A stretch of 64,000 bases of DNA from an uncultured Cytophagia bacterium (GCA_964498785.1 CAZCJL010000020.1:4946-68945); one strand, 5' to 3'. Shown: positions 1 through 9,902, numbered from the stretch's first letter. The notes: generated from the letters alone by a model not told the origin. Made by a program: numbers and translations.

Positions 1-665
1 TCGAAATTGGAGAACAAACCTTATTTGATGCAGGTATACATGGTGTACATCATGAATTGGTACGGTTATTAGGCAAATTGAATTATCGTACAAGTTATGG
101 ACAAAATGTACTGCAGCATTCATTAGAAGTCTCTTATTTATCTGGTCTCATGGCCTCTGAATTAGAACTTGATGCAGCTATGGCGAAGCGTGCTGGTCTT
201 TTACACGATATTGGGAAGGCTATCGATAAGACAACTGAGGGAACTCATACTGAGATTGGTGTTGAAATTGCAAAAAAATATAAAGAACCTGAAATTGTAT
301 TGAATGCGATTGCATGTCACCATGAAGACGTTGAACCAACATCTCCTATTAGCATCTTAGTTCAGGCCGCAGACGCTATTTCTGGTTCAAGACCTGGCGC
401 AAGGAGAGAGACTCTTGAAGGATATGTTAAACGTTTGCAAAAACTAGAATCGGTTGCTGAATCTTTTGATGGAGTTGTAAAAACTTATGCGATTCAAGCA
501 GGAAGAGAAATACGTGTGATGGTTGAATATGAAAGAATTGATGATGCGATGGCAGAGCAACTCGCAAATGATATCGCCGCAAGAATTCAGGAAGAAATGG
601 AATACCCCGGGCAAATTAAAGTTACTGTGATAAGAGAATACAGAGCTATTAACTATGCAAAATAG
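1..665 (+). CDS. rny: Ribonuclease Y, C-terminal part (5' end outside window)
   Basis: Frame open from position 3 ([14 protein letters not shown]...). [14 protein letters not shown] motif [34 protein letters not shown] and [12 protein letters not shown] are RNase Y signatures. Adjacent to ymdB. Confidence 0.97.
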   Translation, partial: EIGEQTLFDAGIHGVHHELVRLLGKLNYRTSYGQNVLQHSLEVSYLSGLMASELELDAAMAKRAGLLHDIGKAIDKTTEGTHTEIGVEIAKKYKEPEIVLNAIACHHEDVEPTSPISILVQAADAISGSRPGARRETLEGYVKRLQKLESVAESFDGVVKTYAIQAGREIRVMVEYERIDDAMAEQLANDIAARIQEEMEYPGQIKVTVIREYRAINYAK

Positions 666-695
666 AATTAGTCATTATTTAAAAATGGTGAAGTT

Positions 696-1484
696 TTGAT
701 TAATAATGCAGTAAATATACTATTTATCGCTGATATTGTTGGTAAACCTGGTTTAAAAATAGTGACAAAATATATACGTGATATTAAAAAAAAACATCGC
801 ATAAATTTTTGTATTGCAAACGGTGAAAACGGTGCCGGCGGAAAAGGCATCACTGAGAAAATAGTAAGAGAATATTTTGAACTAGGAATCGATGTAATTA
901 CCAGTGGAAATCATATTTTTGAAAAAGCAAACGTCTTTAAACAATTTGCTGAGGATCGGCGGCTTTTGAGACCATTGAATTATCCACCAACGAATCCGGG
1001 ACATGGAACCTATATCGCAACTTTATCAGATTTAACAAAAATCGCAGTAATCAATCTGCAGGGAAGGACCTTTATGTACTCAATCGATTGTCCTTTTCGT
1101 ATAATATCAGAAGAACTAAATAAAATAAGCCAGGTTACTAAAATAATAATAGTCGATTTCCATGCAGAAGCAACAGCCGAAAAAATGGCAATGGGTTGGT
1201 ATCTGGATGGTAAGGTAAGCGCTGTTATCGGCACTCATACTCACATTCAAACAGCGGACGAGCGAATTTTAAACAAAGGAACAGGCTACATTACTGACGC
1301 TGGGATGACAGGTCCCTATGATTCTGTAATTGGCTTAAAAAAGGAAATTGCGATACGGCGGTTTATTAACCAGACACCATCGTTTTATCAAGTCGCGGAT
1401 AATGACAACAGATTTTGTGGTGTTGTGTTAAAAATTGATAAAACTACCGGAAAAACATTAAATATTGAAAGAATATTTATGTAA
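696..1484 (+). CDS. ymdB: YmdB-like metallophosphoesterase (TIGR00282 family)
   Basis: Motifs ADIVGKPG, NGEN, TSGNH, RPLNYP, VDFHAEATAEK, GTHTHIQTAD, TDAGMTG. Classic synteny downstream of rny. Confidence 0.93.
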   Translation: MINNAVNILFIADIVGKPGLKIVTKYIRDIKKKHRINFCIANGENGAGGKGITEKIVREYFELGIDVITSGNHIFEKANVFKQFAEDRRLLRPLNYPPTNPGHGTYIATLSDLTKIAVINLQGRTFMYSIDCPFRIISEELNKISQVTKIIIVDFHAEATAEKMAMGWYLDGKVSAVIGTHTHIQTADERILNKGTGYITDAGMTGPYDSVIGLKKEIAIRRFINQTPSFYQVADNDNRFCGVVLKIDKTTGKTLNIERIFM

Positions 1485-1647
1485 TATGACAACGTTGATG
1501 GTAAGATAATTGCAAGTCGTTTGGTTATGTTTTTAATCAACTAAAAGTACTATATGAATACGCTTTCAAAAAAGGAACTTCTCCATAACATTAATGGTTA
1601 TAAAAAAATGGAGATAAAATAAATACGTTTGTCGATATTTTTAATTT

Positions 1648-1720
<73 letters not shown>

Positions 1721-1747
1721 CATATTTATACTGGTAGCAGATATTTC

Positions 1748-2071
1748 ATGAGCGAAGATATAACAAAAAAAGAAATCGAAGAGGGTAGAGTTGTCGCTGT
1801 AATTAGCTATATCCCATTTCTTTGTTTTATACCAATTTTAGGTGGTCAAAAAAATAACTTCGTTAATAAGCACATCAAGCAAGGATTAGCTTTATTAATA
1901 ATTGAAGTTATTTCTTTACTATTTTTGATTGACTTTTTCAGTCAAATATTTTGGATTGTCATTTTACTTTCGTGTGTAATACTGTCAATAACAGGAAGTT
2001 TAAAAGCGCTTTTTGGGGAAACTTGGCGCGTGCCATATTTAGGTAAACTATTTGAAAAATATGAAATATAA
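1748..2071 (+). CDS. Small membrane protein, DUF4870/Tic20-like
   Basis: Start moved to ATG 1748 because the ORF-track start lies inside the tRNA. Pattern AVISYIPFLCFIP...NFVNKHIKQGL...KALFGETWRVPYLG with hydrophobic helices. Confidence 0.75.
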   Translation: MSEDITKKEIEEGRVVAVISYIPFLCFIPILGGQKNNFVNKHIKQGLALLIIEVISLLFLIDFFSQIFWIVILLSCVILSITGSLKALFGETWRVPYLGKLFEKYEI

Positions 2072-2076
2072 AACGA

Positions 2077-3465
2077 ATGAATCAGAAAATTAAAAGAAAA
2101 ACAATTACCACAGAAATTAGTATAAACGAATTTGATGCCCAATTGACTAACCTCGATCTTTCGGTGTCCGATCAGAAAGAAAAACTTCAAATTGCAAAAA
2201 ATATTTTAGAAATTCCTGATAGTTTTACGGATAAAATTGAAATTATTCCAAATGGGGAATACATTGTATTTAAATGGCGGCCGAATCGCTATGATGACAG
2301 AGCTGAAAAATTACATAAAAATGCTCTGACACTGGCACGCGAAGGTAAATTGGAAGATGCTATTAAAAGATGGACTCAGGCTACGCTAATAAATTCCACT
2401 GATCCTGATTATTTTTTCAATCTTGGAATTGCGTATTTCGAGAAAAAACAATTTCAAGAATCAATTGAACACCTTAATAGAGCTTTGGCAATTTGCCCAT
2501 TTTATACAAAAGCTCATCTAATTCTTGGCACCGCGTTTTTAAAAATAAGAAAGTTTGAATTTGCAAAAAAGCACTTGCAAAAAAGCATAAAATATTCAAA
2601 ACCAATGGCTTCTGCGTATCTAAATTTAGGGGCAGTTAATAGCATTCTGAAGATGTATGATGAGGGACTTAAAATGTTTGAAAAAGCCATCGAGATTTCT
2701 CCGAATGAACCTCGCGGATATTTAGGGCTTGCAAAGATATATTCAACAATTGGTAATGATGAAAAAGCAAATTTGTTTTTCAAAAAAGTAATTGAACTTG
2801 ATCAAAAAGGTAATTTAGCTAACTATGCCAAAAGATCAATAGTAAGTGACAGCACAACAAATTACCCAACAGAAGATCGCGACGAAAACGAAACATTGTA
2901 TCAAACCCCCGAAGAATATTACTCTGAAGGTTACCGATTATACATTAGCGGGGATTATATTAACGCAGAAAAAATGTATAAAAGCTACCTTAAGATAAAA
3001 CCCGATGATGATTATGTTTGGTATGCTCTCGGAGAGGCACAATTGAGAAGCAACAAGCCAGAAGATGCTGCAAATTCCTTTAAAAAAGCGATTAAACTGT
3101 ATCCTAAAAAGGGATTATATTTTAAAGAATTAGCCATTGCTTTTGATGTTTTAAATAAACCGGACAAGGTAATTGCTGCCACATCTAAAGCCAAAGAGTT
3201 GGGAAAAACTGATAGCGTCATTTATTGCCTTTGGGGAAAAGCACTTTTTGACTTAGGTAAATACAGTGAAGCAGTAATGATGTTAGAACAAGCTATTGAG
3301 ACGAATAAGAACAATTTTAAAGCCAAATATTTTATTGCAAAGACACATATTGAATTAAAGAATCATCAAGAAGCGATGGATATATTGTACGAATTAAAAG
3401 AAATAAAAATCAATACGCCTTTAAAAGACAAAGCAACACAGATGTACAATAAATTAAACCAATAA
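2077..3465 (+). CDS. Tetratricopeptide repeat protein
   Basis: Many TPR-consensus units (YFFNLGIAYF, AHLILGTAFL, AYLNLGAV, GYLGLAKIY, VWYALGEAQL) in two blocks. No signal peptide. Confidence 0.88.
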   Translation: MNQKIKRKTITTEISINEFDAQLTNLDLSVSDQKEKLQIAKNILEIPDSFTDKIEIIPNGEYIVFKWRPNRYDDRAEKLHKNALTLAREGKLEDAIKRWTQATLINSTDPDYFFNLGIAYFEKKQFQESIEHLNRALAICPFYTKAHLILGTAFLKIRKFEFAKKHLQKSIKYSKPMASAYLNLGAVNSILKMYDEGLKMFEKAIEISPNEPRGYLGLAKIYSTIGNDEKANLFFKKVIELDQKGNLANYAKRSIVSDSTTNYPTEDRDENETLYQTPEEYYSEGYRLYISGDYINAEKMYKSYLKIKPDDDYVWYALGEAQLRSNKPEDAANSFKKAIKLYPKKGLYFKELAIAFDVLNKPDKVIAATSKAKELGKTDSVIYCLWGKALFDLGKYSEAVMMLEQAIETNKNNFKAKYFIAKTHIELKNHQEAMDILYELKEIKINTPLKDKATQMYNKLNQ

Positions 3466-3652
3466 AAACACAATTAATGGGTCATATAAGATATATTATG
3501 TAAACTGGCGAATTTATTATTCACTTTTCTTCTAAACGCTCACGAAATTCTCTCCGTGCTAATACATACTTTTACAACATTTAAACCTCTTGTTTATTAA
3601 TTTGTTAAAGTTATTTCACCTATTAACCATAAATGTTTTACAATGAACACGC

Positions 3653-3669
3653 TGTTTCATGATGAAACA
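3653..3669. promoter_or_regulatory. Perfect palindrome TGTTTCAT-G-ATGAAACA, candidate enhancer-binding-protein site
   Basis: TGT-N11-ACA palindrome about 80 bp upstream of a -24/-12 element. A degenerate second copy lies at 3634-3649 (TGTTTTACAATGAACA). Confidence 0.55.
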
Positions 3670-3703
3670 TTAAATTATTCCTACCTCACATAATTATTAC
3701 ATA

Positions 3704-3716
3704 TAAGGCGTTGATA
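3704..3716 (-). promoter_or_regulatory. IHF-type binding site
   Basis: Minus strand reads TATCAACGCCTTA, matching WATCAANNNNTTR. It lies between the palindrome and the -24/-12 element. Confidence 0.5.
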
Positions 3717-3744
3717 TTTATAGTACTATGATTCTTGAAGCGTT

Positions 3745-3760
3745 TGGCATCATATTTGTT
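3745..3760 (+). promoter_or_regulatory. Sigma54 (RpoN)-type -24/-12 promoter
   Basis: TGGCATCATATTTGTT versus consensus TGGCACGNNNNTTGCW, with correct spacing and GT in place of GC at -12. Located 73 bp upstream of the ORF at 3834. Confidence 0.55.
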
Positions 3761-3833
3761 AATAAAATAGAAATATTATGATACTTAACTAACTGAAATA
3801 TTTTAATTAACTAAGAGCACTACAACTGGTACT

Positions 3834-4844
3834 ATGTTCAATATCGCACGGAAAAGGCATATTCACAACTTTTATTTGGCAAAGACAGTCAAAAAAGCTC
3901 CACATATTGAAGAAACAATGAATTATGGAGTTAATTTAAAACGATCAGTAGTTATATCTTTATTATTAATAATTATTTGTTTCAATTTATATCCTTATTA
4001 TACGAAACAAAAAATCTATAAAAAAATACAAGATATTTCAACATTAGAGGTTATCGATATTCCTGTTATCGAGTTAGAACAGCCACCACCACCTCCGGTT
4101 AACATAGTAGAGCCAATGACGATGGTCAAAGTTGAAGAACCAAAAGTCGACAAGGAAAATCTGAAAGAAGAAATTAAAGAAATGGATCTTAAATTGGATA
4201 TAGCAAATGATGATAATGAATTGTTATTGGCAAGTTCTCAATTGGGTGATTTCGGCTCTTTAAGTTTCTCATCGAGAAATATTGATCGTCAATCAATGGG
4301 ATCATTGGACTTAGAGTATAGTCGATCTCGTCCAAATCTCAATTCGGGAAACCCCCTTTCGTTAGATCTTGGTTCGCCGGATGCAAAAGTCAATAAAAAA
4401 TATAAGGAAAAATCAATTAATTTAGATACAAAATCGTTGGTCGCTCAAAATAAACCGAAAAAGCCAAAGAAACCAATATCGAATTACGAGTCAAATTTAG
4501 AAAAAGTTATTCAAGTAGATAAAGATCAATTTTTATTACGAGAGTCTGAATCAACAATTGGCACCACAGAATTTAAAACATGGAATCGAATTAACGCGGT
4601 TCTCGACCGTCTTAATAAAGATCGTTATGGTGAATTGCCTGTAAATGTCAAACGTATTTCCAATGGACTGGCAGTTTCATTTTCCTACAGAAATGGGAAG
4701 GCTCATGATATTTTTTGGTCAAAAGGCGGAAAAGTAATTATTCGTGTTACCGGAGCACAACCAAAAAGCAATATCGATGAGTTACAAAGAGCGTATGACG
4801 CTTTATTGCGGTTGTTGTACAAAACAAATTCTTCGACGTCATGA
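3834..4844 (+). CDS. Membrane-anchored protein with TonB-like N-terminus and unknown C-terminal domain
   Basis: Single TM helix (SVVISLLLIIICF), then LEVIDIPVIELEQPPPPP and an acidic/low-complexity linker. No recognisable TonB C-terminal domain. Confidence 0.6.
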   Translation: MFNIARKRHIHNFYLAKTVKKAPHIEETMNYGVNLKRSVVISLLLIIICFNLYPYYTKQKIYKKIQDISTLEVIDIPVIELEQPPPPPVNIVEPMTMVKVEEPKVDKENLKEEIKEMDLKLDIANDDNELLLASSQLGDFGSLSFSSRNIDRQSMGSLDLEYSRSRPNLNSGNPLSLDLGSPDAKVNKKYKEKSINLDTKSLVAQNKPKKPKKPISNYESNLEKVIQVDKDQFLLRESESTIGTTEFKTWNRINAVLDRLNKDRYGELPVNVKRISNGLAVSFSYRNGKAHDIFWSKGGKVIIRVTGAQPKSNIDELQRAYDALLRLLYKTNSSTS

Positions 4845-5536
4845 CTAAAATCAAATGCTTAATAATTATGTTACTTTTCTTTACATTATTTCTTCCTCTT
4901 TCCGCACAAGAAGTGCATAACATTTTTTCAAAAGTAAAGATTGAATTCACAAATCAAAATTATCATGCAGTGTTAAATTTATGTCGCGAAATTGAAAGAA
5001 TATGTAGCATAAATCCTGTTTCAGAATGTTATTTTACAAATGTGATGAAAAATGTTTATCGCTATAAGGGATTATCTGAATTTGAAATTTATAAACAAGA
5101 ATTAAAGCCGAAAAGACTTGAAAATTCTATTCAATCGCTGGAAATTAGTTATGGTCTTTATCGTGATGCAGAAATTTTATATACGTATGGGTATCTATTA
5201 GCGGTACAAGCAATATTATTGAAAAATGTGAATGATTTGGATGGTCTTGTTAAAGCCTGGAAAGGAATTATTGAATTATATGGCCATAATAACTGGCAGG
5301 TAAATAAAGATTTAATTGAAAAAATTAAAGACTACATTAAAGTGACTGAAAAATTTGTTATTAAAGTTCCGAGTAAGAATTATGGGGGGCATTATGCAAA
5401 ATTTATGATTGTCATGGCATGTGATTTAGCGGAAAATGCTCAGTTGAACTACGATGATCAAAATTTTTTTAACACATACAAAAAAAAATATAACACAAGT
5501 AAAATTAATAGGTTAATAGATAAGTTAACGGAGTAG
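4841..5536 (+). CDS. Hypothetical exported helical protein (paralog of the N-terminal half of the next ORF)
   Basis: Signal peptide ending LSA-Q. ATGA overlap with upstream gene. Alignable by eye with 5542..6987, including four cysteines. Confidence 0.75.
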   Translation: MTKIKCLIIMLLFFTLFLPLSAQEVHNIFSKVKIEFTNQNYHAVLNLCREIERICSINPVSECYFTNVMKNVYRYKGLSEFEIYKQELKPKRLENSIQSLEISYGLYRDAEILYTYGYLLAVQAILLKNVNDLDGLVKAWKGIIELYGHNNWQVNKDLIEKIKDYIKVTEKFVIKVPSKNYGGHYAKFMIVMACDLAENAQLNYDDQNFFNTYKKKYNTSKINRLIDKLTE

Positions 5537-5541
5537 CTGTT

Positions 5542-6987
5542 ATGAGAAAGTTTGGTTCTCTTTTTTTAGTGCTTTTCATCTTAATTCTCTCAACTTCTCA
5601 TTTACATGCACAGAATGTAAGATCACTGTATAATAAAGTGAAAAAAGCGCACAAAGAAGATAATTTTGCCACTGTGGTAAATCTTTGTAAACAAATAATT
5701 TTGAGATGCGAGCAAAATTATCCTGATGCCGAATGTCGATATACAGATGTTATGAAACAAGTATATCAATTTAAGGGTTTTTCAGAATACAAGCTCTATT
5801 TAAGGGAAAATAATCTGGATCGTCTTGAAGACGCTATCAATTCGCTTATTAAAAGTTATGATCTTTATGGTGATCCATACATTTCCTTTAATTTCGGTTA
5901 TATGCAATCATTATTAGCGATCAAAAGAGAAGATGGCCGAAATCTAGATGGACTTGTGAATGCATGGAGAGGTATTTTAGGATTATATGCAAATGAAGAA
6001 TGGTCTGTGTCTAACGATCTGCTTGACAAATTAAAAATCTTCACCCAGCAGTCAGTTGAATTAGCGATTACACCGTCTGATAGTGCTTTTACCACTGGGC
6101 GCTTTAATGGCTTTATGATTCAATTAGCTTGTGACCTGGCAAAAACTCGCCGGTTATCCCGGGAGGATAGTCTGTTTTTCAACATCTACTATAGTCGAGC
6201 TGTTGAAGATGAAATAAATTTACGGGGAAATGAGTGGCGAGCCCGAGGATTTTCAGCACAAAAGCTTTTCAAAGAAAATCCAAATGATTCTACTTACAGA
6301 GTGGCGCGGAAGTATTTGGAGCTTGCTTTTCGTTTTGCAAAAAGCGCTCAAAGACAGGCTGAAATGTTGAAAGAACTTACCAAAGTTGCACTTTACATGG
6401 AAAAATATGGAAAAAAAAGCCAAAGAGAAACCGAACTACAATATGCACGGGAAAAAGCAAGTCAGGCCTATGCAATCTTAATAGAACATAGCTCTGATAT
6501 TGACCGTGAGTTAGAAAATGAGATCAAAAAAGTATATGGTAATGCAATCTTTCGGCTTGTTGATTACTATTTTAGTATGGCAACGGCAAAAGACCGCATG
6601 AATGCGTTTTACCGTGCAAAACGAGTTGGAGACGAATTATTAGTCTCGGATGGTAGCGGCGGACTTGTGCAAAAATTCGAATGGGAAGGTTATGAGGACT
6701 TGTATCTGAAACTATCTGATGTAGGTTACGAAATTGGCGAAGAACATTTCGCAGTCGATATGGTAGATAAGGCCTGGAAAGCAGCTTTAAAAATAAATAA
6801 AATTACCCTACCACAAATTTACGGGGCTGTCCCCTCTCAAAAGGCCAAAGAATTATTACAGTTTGCCCAGGTATATCATCAGATCGCTGAACGTTTTGGT
6901 TTACAATCAGTTTTACACTGGTTGCGACCGATTATTAAAAATCTGACGAATAAATCAGTATTAACTTCATCAGGAGGCGCATATTAA
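5542..6987 (+). CDS. Hypothetical exported helical (TPR-like) protein
   Basis: Signal peptide ending LHA-Q. N-terminal domain is paralogous to 4841..5536 and is followed by an alpha-helical extension. Confidence 0.75.
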   Translation: MRKFGSLFLVLFILILSTSHLHAQNVRSLYNKVKKAHKEDNFATVVNLCKQIILRCEQNYPDAECRYTDVMKQVYQFKGFSEYKLYLRENNLDRLEDAINSLIKSYDLYGDPYISFNFGYMQSLLAIKREDGRNLDGLVNAWRGILGLYANEEWSVSNDLLDKLKIFTQQSVELAITPSDSAFTTGRFNGFMIQLACDLAKTRRLSREDSLFFNIYYSRAVEDEINLRGNEWRARGFSAQKLFKENPNDSTYRVARKYLELAFRFAKSAQRQAEMLKELTKVALYMEKYGKKSQRETELQYAREKASQAYAILIEHSSDIDRELENEIKKVYGNAIFRLVDYYFSMATAKDRMNAFYRAKRVGDELLVSDGSGGLVQKFEWEGYEDLYLKLSDVGYEIGEEHFAVDMVDKAWKAALKINKITLPQIYGAVPSQKAKELLQFAQVYHQIAERFGLQSVLHWLRPIIKNLTNKSVLTSSGGAY

Positions 6988-7523
6988 TGAGATGTCGAAT
7001 CAGATGTTTGATAATCCTATTGACAATTTGTAATATATCCTTAATTTGGGGGCAGTCGGTTTTTGAGACAACTTTTGAAAAACAAATGATCGATTATGAA
7101 TATGATGTTGTTCGAACCTATAATGAACTACAAAAGTTTTTATACGATTGCGAACCGAATTCCGCTGAACAGGAAGCATTTGAAAATCTGCTTTCGATTT
7201 ATGTTGATAGAATACTGGAAATTTATAGCACCATGCAAAGATTATCTGGTTCAACACTTGAAACATATCGTGGTGTTGCCGCACGTGCTTTAATATTTCG
7301 GACATTGACCTATTTAGAACAATCCAAAACATCAGAAGAGCATTATCGTAGAGCTGCAGATGATTATAAACAGGCGCTGCAACTCTATCAGAAAGGTCGA
7401 AATATCCCTATCATGAATAAAAGATTACCCTATGAAGTATGGATTGGCAAAAAGATGTATACTCGCCTCTCAGATTTATTGGATGATAAAAGTAAAGGGT
7501 TTGATTTGTTAGATTCTTTTTAA
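6987..7523 (+). CDS. Hypothetical exported protein (paralog of the N-terminal part of the next ORF)
   Basis: Signal peptide, AGGAGG RBS and TAATG overlap. Shares ILEIY and AARxLIFRxLTYLE with 7558..8811. Confidence 0.75.
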   Translation: MRCRIRCLIILLTICNISLIWGQSVFETTFEKQMIDYEYDVVRTYNELQKFLYDCEPNSAEQEAFENLLSIYVDRILEIYSTMQRLSGSTLETYRGVAARALIFRTLTYLEQSKTSEEHYRRAADDYKQALQLYQKGRNIPIMNKRLPYEVWIGKKMYTRLSDLLDDKSKGFDLLDSF

Positions 7524-7557
7524 TGATAAAAATATTTATTTATAATCGGGTAGTTAA

Positions 7558-8811
7558 ATGAAAACGCATATTAGTAGTTTACTAATTACATTCCTGGTAA
7601 TTCCTTTCTTTTGTTTCGGACAAAGTCATCATAATATTCTCATAAATAAAATGGAGGAATACGAGGAAGATATTCAAAACACATATAGCGAGTATCAAAA
7701 AGTTTATTATGAAAGAAAATCAAGCAAAAGTGAATTACTGGCGTTTGAAGAAATCATTTCTGTTTATGTTTCACAAATTCTGGAAATTTATGAAACACTT
7801 ACGCTATCTTCTATTAAGATGATGGAAAAACCGCGTGATATTGCTGCGCGCTCATTGATATTTCGGGCACTAACATATCTTGAAAAAGCACCACTAAATG
7901 TTGAGTTTTACGAAAAAGCGTGCTATGATTATTATCGTGCACTGGATATGTACAATGAAAGTAATAAAGTCCCTGTAATTTTAAAATCATTGCCTAAACC
8001 AATTCGTGTTGCGAATATTGAATATAAACGTTTAATTGATTTAATTGAAGCAAAAGGAAATGAGTTGTTTTCGTTCGGAAAGGTGAAGATTGTTCTAAAA
8101 AGCTTTAAAATTACATCAAATTTAAATGCAGAGTCTTTTGAATTTATACGCTTTAGCTCTCCTGCCCGGACAAGAAAATATACCTATGATGAGGCCGAAA
8201 CCAGAATTAAGAGTGCTTTTAGCGAAATCCTATTTAACAATAATTCTAATAGTTTCTTTTTGGCATTGCCAGAAGGTTCATATTTTATTCGATCACGCAC
8301 AATTGATAACCCTTTATTTCCCTATTTATCCGCTATTTATGTTCGAGCAAACCAACAACAGGAATATGTTATTGAACCCCTGGTCGATTGGATAATAATG
8401 TACGAAAATCCAACCACAAAACAACCAGATTTTTATAAAGCGAATGATTCTTTCTCCGTGAATGGCCAGGGACAGGGCAATGGTGGTTCTTCTTTTATTT
8501 CAAATTACAACAGGGAAAACAATGAAACTGTAAATCTATCGATAATCGACGATGCTATATCAAATACAATTGAGAATGTTGATATTAATAAAATATTTAA
8601 TTTACGAGATCCCTGGATTCGTAGTCGGTTTGCGAATGTCGCATCAAAAACTATTTTGATGCGCTTATCGTCATCACAATATTATAATAGCTGGAGTAAT
8701 TGGTGGGATGCATGGGAGATTTCTAAAGAAATTACATCTCAATTTAGTCCGGGAAATGCAGTACCAACCGAATTAATACAATTGGTTCATCAGGTTTTAC
8801 TGAAATTCTAA
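7558..8811 (+). CDS. Hypothetical exported protein
   Basis: Signal peptide ending CFG-Q. N-terminal domain is paralogous to 6987..7523. The central LALPEGSYFIRS resembles a PEGA/prealbumin-like beta motif. Confidence 0.72.
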   Translation: MKTHISSLLITFLVIPFFCFGQSHHNILINKMEEYEEDIQNTYSEYQKVYYERKSSKSELLAFEEIISVYVSQILEIYETLTLSSIKMMEKPRDIAARSLIFRALTYLEKAPLNVEFYEKACYDYYRALDMYNESNKVPVILKSLPKPIRVANIEYKRLIDLIEAKGNELFSFGKVKIVLKSFKITSNLNAESFEFIRFSSPARTRKYTYDEAETRIKSAFSEILFNNNSNSFFLALPEGSYFIRSRTIDNPLFPYLSAIYVRANQQQEYVIEPLVDWIIMYENPTTKQPDFYKANDSFSVNGQGQGNGGSSFISNYNRENNETVNLSIIDDAISNTIENVDINKIFNLRDPWIRSRFANVASKTILMRLSSSQYYNSWSNWWDAWEISKEITSQFSPGNAVPTELIQLVHQVLLKF

Positions 8812-8826
8812 TTAAAAGGAAATAAT

Positions 8827-9810
8827 ATGCGGTTTTTTAAATACATGCTGATTCTGGGATTCTTCCTGTTAGTAGTTGCAAACGTTTCTGGACAAAGTTT
8901 TGATAAAAGTATTTTGAAAAAATATGAAGAGTGTTGGTCCGCTAAAAAAGAAACTACACTACTGGACACAATAAAAGTCGCAATGAGTAAGAAGAAAATT
9001 GAAGAACATTTCAGAAGACATGATTTTATCCAGACTTTTGGATGCGCTTATGAAGAAAACGATATTCAACAAAATTCGATTCGAGCTGTATATCGTGCAA
9101 TCATTCAATCGACTCGGAATCGAAATGTTAAATTAAGAGATGATTTATTAGCTGCTTTACGAGCCAATCCTCCACGTCCGGATAATTTGATGAGAGAATA
9201 TTCGATTTATGTGAATATTCCACTTCAAAATGGTGTAAAAGCAGCCAGATATGAAATTAAAATACTCGATCTCATTGCAGTTTCAACTATTGAATCTGAA
9301 ATGGCGGTTTGGACACGTATCGTTACCCGATTCGCATATAAAGAGGATTTTAACAAAATAAGCGAAACCAAACAGGTAGAGTCGGAATTTGTGCAAGTGA
9401 TGCAAAGGGCACAGGAAATTCTTACTGCTATTGAAAGAAAGAAATTTTCATCAATTAAAAAAATGCTAAATATAGGTAATGTTGCAGATGTTTATCCGGA
9501 GTCAATCGATGATTTAAGTTTTGGAGACTCTATGCATTTATTTGATGAACAAAATCAAAAAAAGACTTATTTAGGGATATATTTGGGCAAAGGCATTTTT
9601 GCAAGTGATTCACCCGATCATGGCGTCGTTGTTTGTAAATTCGGCGAAGAAAGGTTGTATGGGATTCGAATTGATACCAATACATTTCGTCGTACTACGA
9701 CTATTTTTGCAGAATTAAATTACCAGGCCCCTGAAATTATTTTACAATGTTTATTCATTAAATTCGGAGCAAAAAAACCACAAGGATTACCATCGTTGGA
9801 TAATTTATAA
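8827..9810 (+). CDS. Hypothetical exported protein with a possible degenerate NlpC/P60-like C-terminal region
   Basis: Signal peptide ending VSG-Q. LSFGDSMHLF...TYLGIYLGKGIFASDSPDHGV resembles NlpC/P60 strands, but the catalytic histidines are missing. Confidence 0.6.
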   Translation: MRFFKYMLILGFFLLVVANVSGQSFDKSILKKYEECWSAKKETTLLDTIKVAMSKKKIEEHFRRHDFIQTFGCAYEENDIQQNSIRAVYRAIIQSTRNRNVKLRDDLLAALRANPPRPDNLMREYSIYVNIPLQNGVKAARYEIKILDLIAVSTIESEMAVWTRIVTRFAYKEDFNKISETKQVESEFVQVMQRAQEILTAIERKKFSSIKKMLNIGNVADVYPESIDDLSFGDSMHLFDEQNQKKTYLGIYLGKGIFASDSPDHGVVVCKFGEERLYGIRIDTNTFRRTTTIFAELNYQAPEIILQCLFIKFGAKKPQGLPSLDNL

Positions 9811-9873
9811 TTCTGTTAAGTCATCTCTCTCCCCAAATTTATATAATATTGACATATTTTTGTAATTTTAAGG

Positions 9874-9902
9874 TTGACTAATTCAAAAAAATTTCCTATA
9901 AT
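9874..9902 (+). promoter_or_regulatory. Sigma70-type promoter upstream of the RRM gene
   Basis: TTGACT (9874-9879), 17 bp spacer, TATAAT (9897-9902). Confidence 0.6.

Noticed and set aside
1577-1614. Small hairpin (TCTCCAT...ATGGAGA) upstream of the tRNA as an ncRNA
   Set aside because: Short AT-rich stem with no recognisable RNA family features.
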